DNA from: Candidatus Binatia bacterium
GTDB lineage: Bacteria > Desulfobacterota > Binatia > UBA9968 > CAXXLF01
Direction: 5' to 3'
Assembly: GCA_963664015.2 (NCBI GenBank)
Contig: CAXXLF010000001.1
Coordinates: forward strand, 384,001 to 448,000
Length of the DNA stretch: 64,000 nt
In this document: piece after piece, positions 1 to 9,418 of the stretch
How the letters are laid out: each line of letters opens with the position of its first letter
Numbering within the stretch: position 1 is the first letter of the stretch
Notes under the pieces: generated by a model
What the model saw: only the letters and a program-made list of their open reading frames with translations
The model's database searches: none
What the model was told of the DNA's origin: nothing
Translations under genes and position numbers: made by a program

Positions 1-581
1 GATCGCGGAACATGGATTCCTGGGTAAATCAACGCGACCCGCCCTTCCTTGCACCGAAAGTGAACAAGCTTGCTACGAGTGAACTCACTGATGGTTACAA
101 CCCGTGCTGCGTTCGAAATGATGAGACTCATGAGCCATTTATGACACCTTAACCCAAAAAGCCGCTTACGGAGACTTATGGTCAGCTCCTCCCCATAGGT
201 TACCACCGCGTATGGGACCCCCAAGATTCGATGGATCAGATACCCTGCGAGACCGGCAGGAGCCACCTGAAAGCACATCACGACCTTGAGAGATTTCCTG
301 AACCGGTAAGCCCAAAACAGCGGGATCAATGCCATCTGAAGATACAGACAAATACTGTACCCCTTCCTTAAAAACCTATTTTTGATTTGGAAGTTAGTAT
401 AAAAAACCCGCATTATTCGGACAAACGCTCCGGGTCGTTCCGACCCAAAGGGGCAGAGGACCAGCACCGCGCTGGGAATACCAAGGATTGCATGGTACGT
501 ATAGGCAGTTGCACCACCTTTTAGAGGTGGCAATGCATCCGTTACGGCAAGAATTTCGGGGGATGAGTTTCTAGAAACCAT
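1..581 (-). CDS. GT4-family glycosyltransferase, N-terminal part (runs off the left edge; absent from the ORF track)
   Basis: Manual translation from ATG at 581 is open to the window edge: MVSRNSSPEILAVTDALPPLKGGATAYTY...GVPYAVVTYGEEL...AARVVTISEFTRSKL...LIYPGI. The PPxxGG and (V/T)ISxFT motifs are typical of a GT4 N-terminal domain. Confidence 0.8.
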   Translation of the reverse strand, partial: MVSRNSSPEILAVTDALPPLKGGATAYTYHAILGIPSAVLVLCPFGSERPGAFVRIMRVFYTNFQIKNRFLRKGYSICLYLQMALIPLFWAYRFRKSLKVVMCFQVAPAGLAGYLIHRILGVPYAVVTYGEELTISLRKRLFGLRCHKWLMSLIISNAARVVTISEFTRSKLVHFRCKEGRVALIYPGIHVPR

Positions 582-619
582 AAAGCCGTTCCACTAGGTG
601 GTGCTGCCCAGATCGATTT

Positions 620-2617
620 CTATGCGCAACTCGCAAGCTGAATCCCAGTATGACAAGACCCTGTTGCTGTGGGACCCCGACCTTCCATCATCGCGTCAAT
701 AACCAACGCCACCCTGCCCGACGCATTTCCGTCCATCCCTGCGGTTTGATAAGCAAGAAATTCCTTCCGGCCCAACTCCAGCTTTGTTCGCACAGTTGGG
801 TCATGAAGTGCGCTCTCGATTGCAGGTGCTACATCCTGGACCGAATAGGCTCCAAGAGCAGCCCCGAATTTGACGTAGGGGATAATATCCTCTTCGCCTG
901 TCAGGTTAACGATCACCAGCGCCTTGCCAAACACAAGGGCATCTACGCCGGTCTGCGACCATCGCGTAATAAGAAGGTCGGAGGCCAGGATAAACGAATA
1001 GATGTCCGATTCCGCTTCAGCGATAAACAGGTTACGCGTACCGAGTTTTTGCAGCAGCTCCCTATGCATAGAGGGATCGTCATTTTGCGGGTGTGGTTTC
1101 ACAACCAGGTAACACCCGTTGATCTGCGAGACCGCTTTATAAATCGCCTCAGCTTCCCCAGCATAGGCTGCATCCTCTGAACCCAGAACCTTCCCCCCCT
1201 TCCACCGAACCTCCCTTGTTGCAGCTGAAGCGTAGACCACGAGCCGGTAACCGGCCGGGATGCCGAATTGGCCAAAGATCCTCTCACGAGCGCGTTCCGG
1301 GGAGCGTTGGAGAAGGTCATCGTATTTGGGCTGGCTTGTCATGACCAACGTGGAGCTGGATACCCACCCCACCCTGGCAAGATTGTCGACGGCCGCTCGA
1401 CCTTCGACGGTCATGACGTCGGTACCGATAGGAAACCGCCACAATGGATGTAAATCGACAATCCCATGATAAATACATAGGGAGCGAATCCCGATATTTC
1501 TGCCCATCTGGTAGAAGGCTCGAAAGGTTCCACTTCTTTCGTTTGTGCCAACGATCAGCTTTGGCTGCCGGACCTCAATAGCGCGCCGCGCGATCTCAAG
1601 GTTCCGCGCACCTTGCGCTAGTGTCATCCAAAAGAACTGCACCCCCTCCTCGGCAACTTCCCACAGGTTGCCTCCGCCATGGCTAAAGACCTGCCGCCGT
1701 GTCGACGACCTGTTCATCCCGTTTCTGAAACAGCGCCAGCCCCAAAACAGGCTGATTGTAGTTGCAAACACCCGTAGTGATCCGCTCAGGGTGAGATACC
1801 CCTCCCAGCGGCAATAGGGAAGTCTGGCTCCCTGCAGGTCCTCCTCTCCCTGGGGTCCGATTTGTAATACCACATTTCGCCACCGCCCCTCTTGGCCCAG
1901 CCGCTTGAGAACGGGTATCAAAGCCTCGGCGTTCCGTACTGTGTGATTCAATGCAAGGATGTCGACGGTGTCCGAAGCCGCCTTATTTGAGCTATGCAAT
2001 CGAGTCAGCCGAAGCTTTATTAGAAATGTCTTCACAACACTCAAAAGCGGTATGAGAACCGCAATCAACCTCGTTCGCAAGCGCCCTTTTGCATTACCGC
2101 ATATGCACTTGATAGATCTCTCGGCTGCCATGCATAATATGAGCCTGCAGAGCAACCGATCGTATTGAAAGCCTTTGAATGTTACCAGTGGCCCGATAGC
2201 GGCATCACAATAGATACGGTCCGGCCGTTCCATTTCAAGGATGGATCGGGCGAACTCCATTTGGCTTACCATTCGTTCAAAGCCGTATACCAACAAGTCC
2301 ACCCTGTGAAGATCCCAGAGCGATATTCCGGAGTGAAGCGTCAGAGAGCGGATCGTGCTACCCCGCGGCAATTCAAGGGACTCGATCCGTTCCAACATTT
2401 GCATCCCTGCCGTTGCCGCACTGTATCGCTGCGAAGCTGGAAGAACGTAGTCGCCGTAGGTTTTATAGGGAATTCCGTGGCGGGCCAACACCTCGGCGGA
2501 CAGGGAATCAATAGCCAGAATAACAAGACTAGCCTCTGGATAATTTCTTCGCAGTTTCCCGTGCTTGCGAATCAGGTTCCGGCTGATTATATCGTCTACA
2601 ATCCACAAGACCTTCAT
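620..2617 (-). CDS. GT-B-fold surface-glycan protein; candidate CMP-nonulosonate (sialyl-like) transferase
   Basis: 665 aa. C-terminal GT-B-like domain with HG, VVKPHP and SDLLITRWSQTGVDA motifs resembling capsule/TagF/sialyltransferase-like proteins. Function inferred from context. Confidence 0.55.
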   Translation of the reverse strand: MKVLWIVDDIISRNLIRKHGKLRRNYPEASLVILAIDSLSAEVLARHGIPYKTYGDYVLPASQRYSAATAGMQMLERIESLELPRGSTIRSLTLHSGISLWDLHRVDLLVYGFERMVSQMEFARSILEMERPDRIYCDAAIGPLVTFKGFQYDRLLCRLILCMAAERSIKCICGNAKGRLRTRLIAVLIPLLSVVKTFLIKLRLTRLHSSNKAASDTVDILALNHTVRNAEALIPVLKRLGQEGRWRNVVLQIGPQGEEDLQGARLPYCRWEGYLTLSGSLRVFATTISLFWGWRCFRNGMNRSSTRRQVFSHGGGNLWEVAEEGVQFFWMTLAQGARNLEIARRAIEVRQPKLIVGTNERSGTFRAFYQMGRNIGIRSLCIYHGIVDLHPLWRFPIGTDVMTVEGRAAVDNLARVGWVSSSTLVMTSQPKYDDLLQRSPERARERIFGQFGIPAGYRLVVYASAATREVRWKGGKVLGSEDAAYAGEAEAIYKAVSQINGCYLVVKPHPQNDDPSMHRELLQKLGTRNLFIAEAESDIYSFILASDLLITRWSQTGVDALVFGKALVIVNLTGEEDIIPYVKFGAALGAYSVQDVAPAIESALHDPTVRTKLELGRKEFLAYQTAGMDGNASGRVALVIDAMMEGRGPTATGSCHTGIQLASCA

Positions 2618-2620
2618 AGT

Positions 2621-3946
2621 CTACAATTCAAGTCTTTCTGAAAGCTCAGATCGAAAGAGACGTGCCGGATCGTAAGCTCGGAGCGCGTCTCTGAACACTC
2701 CGTATTGAGGGTAGCAATCACGGACCATGGAGCAGGGCAGTCGCGAGTCCTTGATTACATTTGGGATGCCGCCGTTTTTAGCCGTCAGTTGATCCAGGAA
2801 CGGTAAAAACTCCAGCCCGGCCTTGGATCGCACCAGATACAGCGTGACACAAACCCCGTTCATATCGAAGCGAAGATGGCGCTGGTTTCCCTTGAAAAGC
2901 TTGATTGATAATAAGACCGCCGGTGCTTTTTTCTTGACGATGCTGCCTTGAAGCTCATCGAGAAATCCGTCGACCCTTCCGTCGGGCACCAGCACCTGAT
3001 ATTCTGCAAAGCCGCGCTTCCCGAAGAAGTAAAAAATTTCCGGGCGGCGCGCAAAAGGGAACAGGGAATCGAACAAAGGCAGTTCCCCGCGCTCCGGCCG
3101 GGCACGCTCCCAATGCCAGTAAAGAGAATTTAACGCTCGAGTTGTAAGACGGTTCCATAGCGATATGGGGAGCCTTGCCCTTGACGCCGCGGTGAGCAAG
3201 CAATATCGGGGCGGGAGATTCTCGTGAAAGGGAGTCCCGGGCACAAAGGATCCCTCATAAATTATGCCTCGACCGAAGGTTCGAGCCACCGGCGCGGCGT
3301 CGTGCCATGTGTAAGTAAAAGCCTTGCGGCCCCCTGAAGAGCGGACGAGCGCTAACGCTTCTTTAACACTACCAACCGAGGTCCGTTGCATTGACAACTT
3401 TAGACCGGGAAGCGGCTCAAGCCGCAGAGTGACTGTAAGAATTACCCCTGTCAGCCCATACCCTCCGCACGTTAGATCAAACACGGATGAGTCATTTTCA
3501 GGGTCCACTCGAAGGGTTCCATGTTTTGGATGAAAGAGTTTGAGTCCGATGACATGCCGAACGATCGTGCCGGACAGGGCTGGATTCTTACCGTGGACGT
3601 TCACGGCAATACAACCTCCTATCGTAATGGCCGGGTATCCCGGCTGGACCGGCAGCCATAGGGCAGAAGGCGTCGTCAGGGTCATCAGCTGGTCAAGCGT
3701 CATGCCGGCCTCGACCTCGATCAATCGGGCCGCAGGGTCGAAACGGACCAGCCGGTTGAACCCGGTCATGTCGTGCACAACACTCCCTGCTCCGAAGCTA
3801 GCGGCAGCATAGGAGTATCCTCCGCCGCGTGCGATCCTCGGCAGGTCGCCCAAATCTGTCTTGATCAGTTCGTTATCGTCAGGACGTTGAACTCTGGCCT
3901 GAGCCTCAAAGCCGCCGTCAAAGGACACTAAATCAACTGTTTCCAA
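2621..3946 (-). CDS. FAD-binding oxidoreductase, DprE1-like
   Basis: ARGGGYSY, PVQPGYPAITIGGCIAVNVHGKN and GGYGLTGVI motifs, plus C-terminal KDSR...DP..LFRSELSERL, as in decaprenylphosphoryl-ribose oxidase family members. TTG start is uncertain. Confidence 0.8.
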   Translation of the reverse strand: METVDLVSFDGGFEAQARVQRPDDNELIKTDLGDLPRIARGGGYSYAAASFGAGSVVHDMTGFNRLVRFDPAARLIEVEAGMTLDQLMTLTTPSALWLPVQPGYPAITIGGCIAVNVHGKNPALSGTIVRHVIGLKLFHPKHGTLRVDPENDSSVFDLTCGGYGLTGVILTVTLRLEPLPGLKLSMQRTSVGSVKEALALVRSSGGRKAFTYTWHDAAPVARTFGRGIIYEGSFVPGTPFHENLPPRYCLLTAASRARLPISLWNRLTTRALNSLYWHWERARPERGELPLFDSLFPFARRPEIFYFFGKRGFAEYQVLVPDGRVDGFLDELQGSIVKKKAPAVLLSIKLFKGNQRHLRFDMNGVCVTLYLVRSKAGLEFLPFLDQLTAKNGGIPNVIKDSRLPCSMVRDCYPQYGVFRDALRAYDPARLFRSELSERLEL

Positions 3947-4070
3947 CCGGTCCCTGTCCGTCGCACGATATACGGAGTATGAAATCTCGACTTTCTCGGA
4001 ATTGGGATTAATGGATATTCTTGAATGGAATACAGTAAACTTCTACGGAACCCTCCGCGAATTCCCCTAT

Positions 4071-5105
4071 TTACTCTTCCGGCAACTGTGCTTTAACCAC
4101 AAATAAAGGCCGCTGCTTAACTTCTTCATAAATCCGCCCGATGTATTCTCCCACAATACCGAGACACAGGATATTGAAACCCAAGAGAAACGTGACAAGA
4201 AGGTTTATCTGGGTCAGCCCCGGAGGAAGAATGCCCGGTACCGTGGCTAATCCGAGCCAATTAAAAATCCAGAAGATTCCCTGGAGAATACCAACAAAAA
4301 ACGACAGGGAGGCCACGAAAAAGCCCGAGAACGTCATAAAACGGAGCGGGGCGATCGAATAGGAGAGCAAGCCATCGAGGGCGAGTCCGATCATTCCGCC
4401 CAGCTTAAATTTACTCTCTCCCCCCTTACGGCTCTGCCGTTCGTGTTCGACGCCCGTTTGCCGGAATCCCGACCAGGAACGTAATCCCCTTATGAACCGT
4501 TGACGCTCGGGCAGCGAGTTAATACAATCGACTACCATCCGGTGCATCACACAAAAGTCGCCGGCATCAATGGGAACGGTAATTTGAGCAGTCGCCCTCC
4601 ACAAACGGTAAAAGGCCTTGTAGGCAACCCGCTTGGCAAGGGAGTCCTGACGTTTGGTTCGAATTCCGTAAACGACCTCGTAGCCCCGCCGGGCCTTAGC
4701 GAGCATCTCCGGAATAAGCTCCGGCGGATCTTGCTGGTCTCCATCCATAACGACAACCCATGTCCCACGCGCGTGGGCGAGACCGGCGCTGATACCGCCC
4801 TGGTAGCCGAAATTGCGTGAGAGCTGGACCATCTTGATCCTCTGGTTCTCTCCATGCAGTCGACGCAGGATTACTTCGGAATCGTCGATACTCCCATTTT
4901 CGACATACAAAATCTCATATCGATCGATTCCGAGTTCCGTGCACACCCTTTCGAGCCTCCGACTCAAGGGCTCGAGATTCTCGGCCTCATTAAACGCCGG
5001 TATTACGAATGACAGCTCTAACCCCGTTCCGTCGGTTATCACTGGATTCGTCACCCGCGCATGGAATTGACGGAGGGCTTCCTGCTGGCTACCTGCTTCG
5101 TCCAT
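4071..5105 (-). CDS. GT2 polyisoprenyl-phosphate glycosyltransferase (GtrB/ArnC-like)
   Basis: SFVIPAFNE, LSRNFGYQ, MDGDQQDPPE, DAGDF, two C-terminal TM helices and GEYIGRIYEEVKQRP. Confidence 0.9.
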   Translation of the reverse strand: MDEAGSQQEALRQFHARVTNPVITDGTGLELSFVIPAFNEAENLEPLSRRLERVCTELGIDRYEILYVENGSIDDSEVILRRLHGENQRIKMVQLSRNFGYQGGISAGLAHARGTWVVVMDGDQQDPPELIPEMLAKARRGYEVVYGIRTKRQDSLAKRVAYKAFYRLWRATAQITVPIDAGDFCVMHRMVVDCINSLPERQRFIRGLRSWSGFRQTGVEHERQSRKGGESKFKLGGMIGLALDGLLSYSIAPLRFMTFSGFFVASLSFFVGILQGIFWIFNWLGLATVPGILPPGLTQINLLVTFLLGFNILCLGIVGEYIGRIYEEVKQRPLFVVKAQLPEE

Positions 5106-6102
5106 TTACTCTCTTCCGTGCAATGATCGTTCGGTAAAGCCCTTTACATATCCCTGCCCGGCACAGCAACCTGTCAAGTTTGACCAATGCATGAGCTTGC
5201 ACGTGGCGATAAACCTCCGGACCTTTAAGCGTTAACAGAGGATGCGTAGCAAAAGCATTGAAGCGGACGTCTTCCAATACCTCGAACTTCCCATACAACA
5301 GCGGTGAGATTTCCTGGGTACTAAGGGCCTCCATGGGAGATATCCCTTCAGGGAGATCAGTCTGATCAAGCTTTGATAGTCGTCCTAAAATTAACATGAG
5401 TTTCTGCCGATAACTCCTGTGATAACTGGGCAGAAGCATCGAAAACGCCCTTTGAAGGCACCTCTCCAGCCGCCCCTGAGGGAGGTCGTCCAGGGTTGCC
5501 ACTATACCGTCCGGCTTCAATCCCACCCATGCACGCTCCATAAACTGGCTGAGGTTGGGTAAATGATGAAAAGCGGACCAGCCACACACCGCATCGTAAC
5601 GTTCTCTTCCCAGGTCAATTTCCGTAACATCCTGGACATGGTAGTTGACCTTCCCAAATCCCTCCCGGTATGGGTTGTCCTCCAACATACGCCTAGCGAC
5701 TGCAATGGCCTCCGACGAAAGGTCATAGGCATCTACGATCATCCCTCTCCGTCCGAGCTCCAGTGACAGCCAGCCTGGACCACATCCAATGTCCAATACA
5801 CGACCTCCTGGGCGACTTGACACCCAATCGATAAAGCGCGTGCGGTATTTTTCGTCCAGGATATTGTTAACCCGCGGATCGATCGCCCCTTGTCCTGACA
5901 AAATCGGAACTGAAAGTCGAGCCCGTCGGATATCCGCTTCCAGCGGAATACGCTCTCCAGCGGTCCTTTCCAATGCTTTTCGATCCCAATAATGCGCCTC
6001 TCCTCGCTTCAATGCCGATTCCGATTGGAGCACGGGACTCTGAACTTTCATTCCCCCGGCCATGCCATTACTTTCACCGTTCCCAATTTTTGACAATTCC
6101 AC
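5089..6102 (-). CDS. Class I SAM-dependent methyltransferase
   Basis: VLDIGCGPG motif I, AFHHLP, LKPDG. Confidence 0.85.
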   Translation of the reverse strand: MELSKIGNGESNGMAGGMKVQSPVLQSESALKRGEAHYWDRKALERTAGERIPLEADIRRARLSVPILSGQGAIDPRVNNILDEKYRTRFIDWVSSRPGGRVLDIGCGPGWLSLELGRRGMIVDAYDLSSEAIAVARRMLEDNPYREGFGKVNYHVQDVTEIDLGRERYDAVCGWSAFHHLPNLSQFMERAWVGLKPDGIVATLDDLPQGRLERCLQRAFSMLLPSYHRSYRQKLMLILGRLSKLDQTDLPEGISPMEALSTQEISPLLYGKFEVLEDVRFNAFATHPLLTLKGPEVYRHVQAHALVKLDRLLCRAGICKGLYRTIIARKRVNGRSR

Positions 6103-6114
6103 AGCAACATTCCC

Positions 6115-7950
6115 TTATTTCACGCTGGCCATCCTGCGAAATTGCAGGTTGGACTCGATCAATTCATCGTAGGTTCCCTGCCCCGCAATTTGCCCCTTTT
6201 CAACAATGTAAATGAGGTCGCACTGCTTGACCGTTGACAGACGGTGAGCAACGATAATGATCGTCTTCTTACGGGCGAGATTATGAACGGCCTCCATAAT
6301 AATATGTTCCGTAATGGTATCAAGCGAGCTTGTTGCTTCGTCCAGAATGAGCACCGCCGGTTCGCGGTACAACGCGCGAGCAACGCCGATTCGCTGCCGT
6401 TGTCCTCCGCTGAGCCGCACACCACGGTCCCCAACCAGCGTCTGGTAGCCTTGCGGTAATTCATGTTGTACAAAGTCATGCAAGTTCGCAATCTTATTCG
6501 CCCGCACGACAGCCTCCTGGTCGATATCTTGATCAGGAACCCCAAAAGCGATATTTCGATTGACCGTATCATCGGCGAGATAGATCTGCTGCGGCACATA
6601 TCCGAGACTCCGATACCAACCGTGCACGTTCGCAGGGGAAATTTCGATTCCATCCACCGTGAGACGACCATCCTTAGGGGTGAGAAGCCCGAGAATAATA
6701 TCGATAAGCGTTGTTTTTCCCGAGCCTGTGGACCCTACAAAACCCACTGACGTATTGGCCTGGATTCGCAAGCTGATTTCCCGAGTCACAAACGAACGCG
6801 AATTCGGATAGGTGAAGGTAACCCTATCCATTTCGATCATCCTGCTAGGAACAATGGGTTCGATTCCCGGGTTGTAGTTCTCACAGGGCACCTCACTCGT
6901 TACGGCCGATAAATCAGCGTAAAGAAGTTCAATCGTCGACAGGTTGTATCGCACTTGAGTCACACCGGCAAAGACGCTCTGGACCGCTGGAATAAGCCGG
7001 TAACCGGCAAACGCGTATAGAGACACGAGGGGGATGATCTCGCTCGCCCCCTTTTCCATCCTGATCAGGTAAAGCACGATTAATAAAATCCCCCCGAATG
7101 CAATCCCTTCCATCGCATAACGGGGCAAAATTCCAAACGCCTGGCCAGTCGCCTCGTGTTTAGCAAAAAGTTTCGACGGCACCGAATAACGGCGCAGGTA
7201 GTCCGCCTCCCGACCAAGGAGCTTCAGCTCCTTAATGCCACTGATCGCCTCGTTTGCCAGTTTGAATCGTTGCGTGGTGGCATCAAACGACTCGCGTCCA
7301 ATCCGGGCCAGCTTCCACCGAATAAACCAAAATAGAGCTGAATAAACCCCACCCAACGCCACAACTACCGTTAGGGCAACCACCGGATCAACGGCGATCA
7401 ATAGCGCAAATATAAAGATAATGACTGCCACCTTGACCAACATTCCCATAAAAGGTATTGCGATGCCGCCGACGAAGCGATTGACCTGATTAATCGTATT
7501 CTTAATCAATTCCGACCCGTTCCGATTGAGAAAGAATGAATAAGGTTGGTCCAAATACTTTTTCAGCAGTCGCTCCGACAAAACATGCCCGCGCATATTG
7601 GTGAAACGTAGAAGCAGCCACATTGTTCCCGCGGATACCATGTTGCTGATAAGAAGCAATCCAAGTACGCTTAGCCCAAGCCAAAAGAGGAAATCCTGTA
7701 CCTCGCGAAATTCGAAATACGAATAAGCAAAGCTCAGCCACTTGTTATCATTAACCGCCCCTGGGTTAGTCATGACAGCCATGAATGGCATAATTGAGGC
7801 GATCCCTAACGTTTCCACCAATCCCATGGTGAGAACTCCAAGACAAAGCCATGCCATCTGGAATCGCTCCTGCTTGGAGAAAAGCGTGCTAAAGATTTTC
7901 TTTGTATTTCTAAACACTGATTGCGTCCTAAGCTCTACTGGAGAGGCCAA
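6115..7950 (-). CDS. ABC exporter, TMD+NBD fusion (PglK/MsbA-like glycan flippase)
   Basis: N-terminal TM helices; Walker A GSTGSGKTT; LSGGQRQR signature; Walker B ILDEATS; AHRLST. Confidence 0.9.
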   Translation of the reverse strand: MASPVELRTQSVFRNTKKIFSTLFSKQERFQMAWLCLGVLTMGLVETLGIASIMPFMAVMTNPGAVNDNKWLSFAYSYFEFREVQDFLFWLGLSVLGLLLISNMVSAGTMWLLLRFTNMRGHVLSERLLKKYLDQPYSFFLNRNGSELIKNTINQVNRFVGGIAIPFMGMLVKVAVIIFIFALLIAVDPVVALTVVVALGGVYSALFWFIRWKLARIGRESFDATTQRFKLANEAISGIKELKLLGREADYLRRYSVPSKLFAKHEATGQAFGILPRYAMEGIAFGGILLIVLYLIRMEKGASEIIPLVSLYAFAGYRLIPAVQSVFAGVTQVRYNLSTIELLYADLSAVTSEVPCENYNPGIEPIVPSRMIEMDRVTFTYPNSRSFVTREISLRIQANTSVGFVGSTGSGKTTLIDIILGLLTPKDGRLTVDGIEISPANVHGWYRSLGYVPQQIYLADDTVNRNIAFGVPDQDIDQEAVVRANKIANLHDFVQHELPQGYQTLVGDRGVRLSGGQRQRIGVARALYREPAVLILDEATSSLDTITEHIIMEAVHNLARKKTIIIVAHRLSTVKQCDLIYIVEKGQIAGQGTYDELIESNLQFRRMASVK

Positions 7951-7971
7951 GCGATACCGATCGACTCTAGC

Positions 7972-9312
7972 TCACTCCACCCATTCTCTATGCTTCCGTA
8001 AAAACGCAGCACTCACACGCGCATCAATGCTGCTCTGAAGCCCGGCTACCCCAAATTTTGCCCAAAACTCTCGTTGCAACTCCTCATCCTCTTCAGTAGT
8101 TTCCCAGGCCCCATCCAGACGATCATCCATTTCCATTGCAATCGCAGTAATTTCATCGGGACTATTCTCGACTACCTCGACGCCTAGCTCTTCATACTCC
8201 TCGCTCCTATAAAACGTATCGGCCCCGTATTGAAGAGACTCACGTAACGTTAAGATCCTTCCAGCCTTGCGCCACCTAAGCCTCTTTGGGATAAATATGT
8301 TCCCTGGCGCAATCGTCAATAAGTTATCCAATCCGATTGGAACAAAATTTACGTAGCCTAAAGGCCGACGAAACAATTTTGGCACAGCACACATACCCGA
8401 CGTATCGCATAAGAAAAATCTGCATTCCGCGACTAGGTAAATATCCATAAACTCCGACCTAAATCTGCTTGCATAATCGATAATTTGGGGGTGGTTCTCC
8501 TTTAGACATTCTGCCACCGAAGCGCCCATCCTAATCACGTAGTACCCGCGTCTCACCAACTCGTAAGCTGCAGGAATATAATTATCAATGGAACCGTCCC
8601 GGTAATCATGGTAGCCGAAATCCAAACTACGATAAGCAGGGAGACTTTTGAGGTAAGAAGAATCCCGGGCAAGAAAACAGATATACGGACACGTTTCGTT
8701 TATCCCGATTTTCCCTCGTTCGACGAGTCCTCGAAGCTTCTCTTCCGGCGTAAAATGAATTTGAATTTTAGACCCTGCGCGCAGCCTTTTTCGATCCACA
8801 TCCGAATTGAAAGGAACTTCATGGGTCGCATATCCCGGCAACAAGCGGTTAACTCTCCTCAGATATCGGGCAAGCGTGCAGATTTTAAGCTCGCGGGCCC
8901 ACATTTTTCGAAGTTGATCGTTGCAGATAGGCTTTTGGAGAGAAAAAATATCTACGCACCTTGCACTCTGTATATCTGCATCCTTTTCAGATAAGTACAG
9001 TTCAGTATTCGCGGTAAAATGGCCGATTCGATTACTCAGGAGGATTCCGAAACGTATCAAAAACAACGGCTTTATTAGCCGAATTACCACAATGACGAGC
9101 AAGAGCGGTACCAGTCCGATCGCTAGAACGAGCCATTCTCTCAAAGGCCAGTTCCCAACCGTATGTCTGGCCTCGACAAGCATTTTTACATGGCCTGCAA
9201 ATCGGTGCGATTTCTCTCCGAACAGTCCACGCAAGAAGGAACCAGCCTTTTCAGCAATCACTGCAGTCCTCAACCACCGTTTAATGGTTACGTTCAAATT
9301 CCAATAGGACAC
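7972..9312 (-). CDS. TIGR04372-like putative glycosyltransferase
   Basis: RIGHF, ARDSSYL, YHDYRD, VIRMG, SEFMDIYL, SG...F.RP and VENSPDEI motifs. Paralogous to 21803..23410. Confidence 0.75.
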   Translation of the reverse strand: MSYWNLNVTIKRWLRTAVIAEKAGSFLRGLFGEKSHRFAGHVKMLVEARHTVGNWPLREWLVLAIGLVPLLLVIVVIRLIKPLFLIRFGILLSNRIGHFTANTELYLSEKDADIQSARCVDIFSLQKPICNDQLRKMWARELKICTLARYLRRVNRLLPGYATHEVPFNSDVDRKRLRAGSKIQIHFTPEEKLRGLVERGKIGINETCPYICFLARDSSYLKSLPAYRSLDFGYHDYRDGSIDNYIPAAYELVRRGYYVIRMGASVAECLKENHPQIIDYASRFRSEFMDIYLVAECRFFLCDTSGMCAVPKLFRRPLGYVNFVPIGLDNLLTIAPGNIFIPKRLRWRKAGRILTLRESLQYGADTFYRSEEYEELGVEVVENSPDEITAIAMEMDDRLDGAWETTEEDEELQREFWAKFGVAGLQSSIDARVSAAFLRKHREWVE

Positions 9313-9418
9313 TGGTCAGTTTCTTTGCTAATTCTATTAATGTGAGCGGCCTCCCTGGCTCGGCCTTGAGCCTTTTCCCCGCTTGCATTTCCCTTACCTG
9401 CGCAAGGGAAGAGGTAAC

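Noticed and set aside
511-536. Hairpin CCACC-TTTTAGA-GGTGG as a terminator
   Set aside because: It lies inside the GT4 coding frame (LPPLKGG) and has no U-tract.
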